A stretch of 64,000 bases of DNA, taken from Cyanophora paradoxa CCMP329. Taxonomy: Eukaryota > Plantae > Glaucophyta. A program made the translations under genes and the position numbers. Location of the stretch: positions 1 to 64,000 of the forward strand of contig QPMI01000252.1 in assembly GCA_004431415.1 (NCBI GenBank), written 5' to 3'. Below the pieces are notes generated by a model that saw only the letters and a list, made by a program, of their open reading frames with translations, did no database searches and was not told where the DNA came from. Below are positions 57,986 to 64,000 of the stretch, in pieces (positions within the stretch are counted from its first letter, which is position 1; the number at the start of each line of letters is the position of its first letter).

Positions 57986-60900
57986 ATGTCGAAGGACAAG
58001 TGGCGCGAAGAGGAGAATTACGCGTCATTCAGCGCCGGTGCGTACGCTCGCTGGTTCCAGGGGCACCGCGCCTCGACCAAGCCGTCCGTCTCGCAGAAGC
58101 GGACTACGAGGACGGCCAGTGGATCAATGGGGAGTTCTACGGTGCGTTTCGTCGCGTCCGAACAAAGCGATAGAGGCGCGCGCTCGGTCGCCCTGCTCGA
58201 CTCATTCACACGGACCTCTCAGGCCGGGAGCGCAAGCGGAGAGCGCAGGCAAGCGAATGAAGGCGCCGCGCAGAGCGCCGCGTGCAGCTAACACCGCCGC
58301 AGGGTGGGAAGAAGGACGCAATCTACGGCATCTTCGCGGACGAGGTCGACGACGAGATGGCGTCGCGCGGGAAGAAGAAGCGCGGCGGCATCATCCACGA
58401 CAGCAAGGCCTCCTCGTCGGGCGCCTCGGCGGCCGCAGCGTGCGCCCGCGACGCCCCCCCGATGGCGGCGTGCCGGGCCGCTCAGGGGCGGGCGGCGGGC
58501 AGGTACAAGCCGATGAAGTTCGTGAGCGGGGGCGTGGTGACGCACGGGCCGGACGACAAGAAGGAGAAGGAGCCGAAGCGGGTGCGCTTCAGCATGGACC
58601 AGGACGACGAGGAGGACGAGGAGGACGAGGACGCCGGTGCGCACCGCCCCGCCGGCCGCGCGGGGGCGCGGCGGCGCGCGGGGCCGATGCGTCGGGCGGC
58701 GCAGGCAAGCCGAAGGCGGGGAAGGGCCGGTTCGACGACGACGATGACGAGGAGGAGGAGGCGGGGGGCCGGCCGAGCTTCGGGGGCGCGTCGGGGTCGC
58801 GGGGCAGCCTGGGGAGCATGGCGAGCTCGCGGAGCAGCATGGACGCGGACGACTCGGACGGCTTCGAGGGCGGCGAGCCCGAGGAGGAGCCCGACTTCCG
58901 CAAGCGCCTCAAGCAGCGCCGCCGCCGCATGGCCGGTCCGCCCCGCAGCGCCCCCCGCCCCGCCCCGCCCGCCTCACGCGCGCCCCGCAGCCGCCGACTC
59001 GGACGACGAGGAGGACAGCGGGTCGGAGGAGGAGCGGGCGGCGCGCTCGGGCGGGGGCGCGGCCGCCTCGTTCGCCTCGCTGCGGCGCGGCAACGTCGAC
59101 CCGCAGGAGGCCCGCCGGCAGCGCGCCGCGGCCGCCGCCTCCCGGGCGAGCGCCGGCTCGAGCTCCGGGGCCGGGGGCGGGGGCGAGAAGGCGGAGGAGG
59201 CGGAGTTCGTCCCGCAGAGCTTCTACAGCAGCCGCCAGATGAAGAAGCCCAGCGCCGCCGCCGCCGCCGCGGAGGGCGGCGCCCGCGGCGGCCTCGGTTC
59301 CGGGGGCGCGGCGGCCGGCGGGGACTGGCAGGAGGCGGCCCCCATGGCCGATTTCGAGCGTCACACGAAGGGCATCGGCTCGAAGCTGCTGGCGAAGATG
59401 GGCTACGTGCCCGGCCAGGGCCTCGGCGCCCGCAAGCAGGGCATCGCCCGCCCCATCGAAGTCAAGGCGCGCTCCCGCCCCGCGCCCCGCGCCCCCCGCC
59501 CGCCGGGCCGGCGCTGAGGGGCGCGCAGCTGCGGAAGAAGAACGAGGGGCTGGCGTTCAGCGGGTCGGAGAAGATCGAGCAGCCGGAGCTGCCCTCGGCG
59601 CGGCTCGTCGCGAAGAGCGAGTTCCCCGAGGCGCCGGCCGAGCCCGACGCGCCGCCGCTGCCCAAGGCGTGGAAGAAGGAGAGCGCGGGGCAGGCGCGCA
59701 AGGCCCGCCGCAAGATCTACAAGACGGCCCAGGAGATCCTCGACGAGGAGAGCGCCGCCATCGACTCCGGCGCCGCCGCCCCCGCCCCCGGCCCCGCCCA
59801 GGCCCGCCCGCCCCCGCTCCCCTCGGGCGCCGCCGGGCGCGGCTGACGGCGGGCGGGCGCAGCGGCAGGTGATCGTGGACATGCGGGGCCCGCAGGCGCG
59901 CGTCGTCACGGACCTGCGGCAGCTCAAGGGCCAGCGGCCGGGGGCGGGGCAGGCGGCGGGGCCCCCCTCGCTCTTCCCCGAGCTGCAGCACAACATGCGG
60001 CTGCTGGTGGACATGGCGGAGTCGGACCTGCACAACGTGCAGCGGCGGCTGCGGGGCGAGCAGGACACGCTCGTCTCCCTCAAGCACGAGCGCGACTCCC
60101 TCGAGAAGGAGCTCGCCGAGATCGAGCGCCGCGCCGAGCGCGCCACCGCCGTCCTCGACATCCTCGGCGCCGCCCTGCGCGGCGCCGGCGTGGCGACCGA
60201 GGCGGCGGCGGGGGAGGACCTGGAGCAGGCGGGGCGGGCGCGGAAGCGGCGGGAGGAGGGCAAGGGCGCGCTCAGCGTGGAGGCCCTCGCCGAGACCTTC
60301 GAGCGCCTCCAGTCCGACTACGCCGAGGAGTACAAGGCCCGCCCCCGGCCCCACCCCCGGCCCCCGCCGCCCCCGGCCCCCGGCCCCCCGGAGCGCGGCG
60401 GCTGACACGCGGGCAGATGTACGGGGTGGGGGCGACGGCGGTGGGCCTCGCCAGGCCGCTGCTGGCGGCGCGGGTGCAGCGCTGGGGCCCGCTCGAGGAC
60501 GCCGAGCAGCCGGACGTCCTCCGCACCGTCGCCGCCCTCCAGCGCGCCCTCTGCGCCGCCGCCGACGGGCCCCCCGACTTCTCCCGCTCCGGCGCCGGCG
60601 GGGAGGACGCCTACGCCGCGCTCGTCTGGGAGTGCATCCTGCCCCGCGTCCGCGCCGCCGTCTCCGCCGGCTGGCAGGTGCCCCCGCCCCGCCGCCCCGC
60701 CGCCGCACGACCCGGGCCGAGCGAGGGGCGCGGGGGCAGGTGCGGGAGTGCGAGGGGATGGTGTCGTTCCTGGAGCGGTGGCGGGGCGTGCTGCCGCCCT
60801 CGGCGACCACCAACGTGCTCGCCCAGCTCGTCCTCCCCCGCCTCGCCGCCGAGGTCGAGGCGTGGGACCCGCGCTCCGACCCCACCCCCATCCACGCCTG

Positions 60901-61959
60901 GCTCTTCCCCTGGCTGCCCCACATGGCCGACATGCTCCAGTCCCTCTACCCCACCATCCGCCACCGCCTCTCGACTGCGCTCGCCGCGTGGCACCCGTCG
61001 GACGGCTCGGCGCACGCGCTGCTGGTGCCGTGGCGGACGGTGTGGGAGGGCCAGGGGATGGAGGCCCTGCTGCGCGCCGCCGTGCTGCCCAAGCTGGCGC
61101 TGCTGCTGCGCGACTTCCCCATCAACCCCTTCGAGCAGTACCTCGAGCCCTTCCACTGGGTGACCGCCTGGGCGGACCTCATGCCGGTGGGCATGCTGGC
61201 GGGCCTGCTGGACGCCGAGTTCTTCCCCAAGTGGTACCGCGTGCTCTACGGGTGGCTCGCGCAGCGCCCCAACTTCGAGGAGGTGACGGCGTGGTACATG
61301 GGCTGGAAGGCCCAGCTCCCCGCGGCCGTCGCCGAGACGGAGGCGGCGCGGGCGTGGCTGACGCGCGCCCTCGACCTCATGAACGACGCCGTCTCCGACC
61401 CCGACGCCCCGCCCCGCCCCGAGCTCGCCCCCCCGCCCGACCCCTCCTTCGTCCGCGCCCCCGCCCTGCCCCGCCCCGCCCCGCCCCCTCCTCATCCCTT
61501 CGCCTGCAGGTCTTCCCCGGAGCGCCCGTCGGGGCTGTCGGCGGCTTCCCCGCCGCCCCGCCGCCGCCGCCCCCCCGCCGCCGCCGCCGTCGGAGGGGCC
61601 GCGGCGGGGCGGGGCGGGGCGGCCGCGGCTGGAGGTGCCGGCGGGGCGGCCCGGGGCGGAGCCGCGGGCGTCGTTCCGGGACGTCGTGGAGCGGGCGGCG
61701 GCGGAGCACGACATCACCTTCCTCCCCACCGGCCGCCGCTCCGCCAGCGGCAAGCCCATCTTCGCCTTCGGGTGCGCGCGAGGGCCCCCGCCGGGCGGCT
61801 CGGGGGGCACGGGGCGGGCGGCTGACGGGGGGGCGCTGCAGGGCGGTGCACATCATCGTGGCGGAGGACATCGCCTACGTGGGGCGCAAGGGGGACACCG
61901 AGTGGGCCCCCGCCTCCCTCGACGCCCTCCTCCAGCAGGCCGCCCCCGCCCGCCGCTAG
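57986..61959 (+). CDS. TFIP11: Tuftelin-interacting protein 11 / Ntr1 / STIP (G-patch + GCFC), spliceosome disassembly factor
   Basis: [13 protein letters not shown]; KDAIYGIF; [22 protein letters not shown]...PIEVK|LRKKNEGL; [12 protein letters not shown]; [11 protein letters not shown]; WHPSDGSA; FFPKW; [13 protein letters not shown]. Confidence 0.95.
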
Positions 61960-62070
61960 GCCCCGCCCCGCCCCGCCCCTCCCCCACGCCCTCTCTCGCC
62001 ACCATAGCATCCACGGCGCCCACAGCTCGCTTTCGTGCGCGTAGCGCGGGAACTCGAAGCTTCGCGAGAC

Positions 62071-62130
62071 TTCGGAGCACACGGGCCGGGGCCGGGGCCC
62101 TTAGGAGCACACGGGCTGGGGCCGGGGCCC
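62071..62130. repeat. 30-bp tandem repeat x2
   Basis: TT(C/A)GGAGCACACGGGC(C/T)GGGGCCGGGGCCC twice. Confidence 0.8.
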
Positions 62131-62511
62131 GGGGGGGACCCGGGACTGCGTTGGGGTGGGGCACTTCACCACATTTTGCCAAGTTGCCCCGCCCCGGCGC
62201 GGCACCGCATTCTCTGAGCCTCGGCCTCATCACCAGCTTCAAGGCTTAATCGGGCTTACTAGTTAATCGTGACCACTTATCATGATCAGGCTTGCAACTT
62301 GGCAATTCGGCGGCGGCGATCATCGGATCGGAACCGAACTTCGAAACTTGAAACTTCGGAAGTCTAATCTCAGCCGATCATCGCATTTGGGGCCGCGGGG
62401 CCCAGCCAGCTATGAGATGCCACTCAGTGACTGGGCCATGATGACAATCGGGTCATAAGCAAGCCGCTGAGCTCAAGCTGTACGTGTATACTATGATACT
62501 ACTGTGGGAGG

Positions 62512-62840
62512 CTAAGTTGTAACTTGTAGGCTAGCAGGCCTGGGCCCCGACGCCCTGGAACTGCGGCACGCCGCACCGCTGCCCGCTGTGCCACCCCCCC
62601 GCACTCGGGGCGGGCTCCTGCAGCTACCTAGGCCTCGCCGCCCTTGCTGCTGCTGTACACGGAGCCGATCTCCTCTCCTCTCCTCTCCGAGGCGGCCGGG
62701 CTCCAGGGGCGGCCAGACGTTCACGACGTCGACACGCGCGCCCCACGGGCCTTCAGCTCCCGCACCAGGTTCGGCCCCGCCGCCCCCGTAGCGCCCCCGC
62801 CCGCTAGGAACCTGCCGCTGCGCTCAGGCCGGGCGGAGGT

Positions 62841-62890
<50 letters not shown>

Positions 62891-64000
62891 CCGGAGAGGG
62901 GTGCGAAAGCGCGCTCTTTGTGAGCTGAACCCCGCGAGGGCGCCGGGATGCGTCAGCGGAAGCCTCTCGAATGGGGCGCGGGGGCGGGGGTCACCTCGTC
63001 GCAGTCCCGTACGGAGAGGCACCAGAGGGCGGGGCAGGCGGCGAGGAGGCCGGCGAGGCTGGGGGCGTCGTCCGCTCCGAAGGGGCAACGAGCGAAGGAG
63101 AGGGAGCGGAGGGAGGTGTGCGGGCCGGAGAACTGAAGGGCCTCCAAAACGCGACCAGCGCCGTCCACCCTCCCTAGTTTAAGCAGCGCGGGGCGCGTGT
63201 GGGCGGCGTGAGGGGGCAGAGCGTGCGCATCGCACCTCCCGCAGGGCCGCGCCGGCGCGGGATCTCGAGGCGAGGGCGGCGGCCCACCAGTCGGAGCGCG
63301 TGAAGCGGCCGTTGAGGGTGAGAACCCGCAGGGGGGGGAAGGAGCCGGCGGGGGGTGGGGGGAGCGGGGGCCGCTCGGAGACCGCGCTGAACGCGTACAT
63401 ATCATTATCAATGGTCAGACTGGAGAGGGCCGGCAGGGCGGCGAGGGCGCGGGCCGAGCCCGGCCCGCCAGGCCCCGCGAAATGGTCGTAAACGTCGCTC
63501 GAGATGTAGAGGGTCTCGAGGGTGGCGGCGGCCCCGCTCCGCTCCAGGCCGCCGAGCGCGACGGGGCGGGGCAACCAGCTGATTTGCAGCTTGCGCAGGC
63601 CCGCCACCAGGAGCAGGTCCTCCCAGCAGCCTGCGCACCCATCAGCGCGGCGTGTATTCGAGGGCGAGGGAACCGGAAGGGAGTACCGTCCAAGACGATC
63701 CCCGTCAGCTCGAGGGTGTGGAGCGACGGGGCGCAGCGGCGGACAATCGCCCCGAGCAGAGTAGAGGCCTCCTCGCAATATTGAGGCATGTCACCGACAT
63801 TCACCTGCGCGGAAATACTTGAATGTGAGGCGGCGCGAGCGGCGCCAGGGCAGCAGCGGCAGGCGCGGCAGGCCCTGAGGTAGTGAAGGCTCAGCTTGGC
63901 GGCCGGGACGGCGGCGAGGGCGTCGAGGCAGGCCCGGAGCTCGCCCGTGGCCCCCGGGGGAAGGGAGAGGAGGCGGAGGGAGACAAGGGAGGGCCAGCAA
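62512..64000 (-). CDS. LRR/RNI-like protein, 3' part only; 5' end beyond window, stop uncertain
   Basis: LxxLxL units: SLHTLEL, GLRKLQI, TLETLYI, ALSSLTI, PLRVLTL, SLRSLSF, CPALWCLSVRDC. Confidence 0.55.
62845..62889 (+). repeat. Poly-G homopolymer (about 45 nt), probably intronic
   Basis: Uninterrupted G run. Confidence 0.9.

Noticed and set aside
1-64000. Absence of TAA among the confidently placed stop codons as a genetic-code change
   Set aside because: Expected at this GC content; I saw no in-frame TAA in conserved exons.

Overview
This is very GC-rich, intron-dense eukaryotic nuclear DNA, not prokaryotic, so most of the six-frame ORFs are shadows or intron read-through. Three adjacent genes have N-terminal extensions with Phe at position 3-4 and no signal peptide, which points to an alga with a primary plastid, most plausibly a glaucophyte (inference). 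I could reconstruct about 19 distinct spliced genes by following protein motifs across short introns (mostly about 45-90 nt, a few longer): a UvrD/PcrA-like helicase, a DRAM/Frag1 membrane protein, a TKL kinase, an AANAT-like GNAT, a Cys-rich type I membrane protein, an RBM25-like PWI protein, Pumilio, a coiled-coil protein, NOT4, an ARM/PLAT protein, DUF493, DUF6737, MAPEG, a small Zn-finger protein, a possible hypothetical, a Deg protease, a WD40 protein, TFIP11 and an LRR-like protein. Two things stand out. (1) An 11.9-kb structure at 9358-21301 is bounded by inverted arms of at least 1.4 kb with GAG...CTC termini and a TAG target-site duplication. Its interior is a near-identical copy of the adjacent 9 kb (1083-10040) carrying three complete genes, and both junctions have templated micro-insertions. 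It looks like a foldback DNA transposon caught capturing genes. (2) The splice code is unusual: many GC-AG introns, a G(T/C)(G/C)CGC donor consensus, no polypyrimidine tract, and microexons. Many apparent frameshifts fall in G/C homopolymers and are probably long-read errors. Gene starts marked uncertain are approximate.
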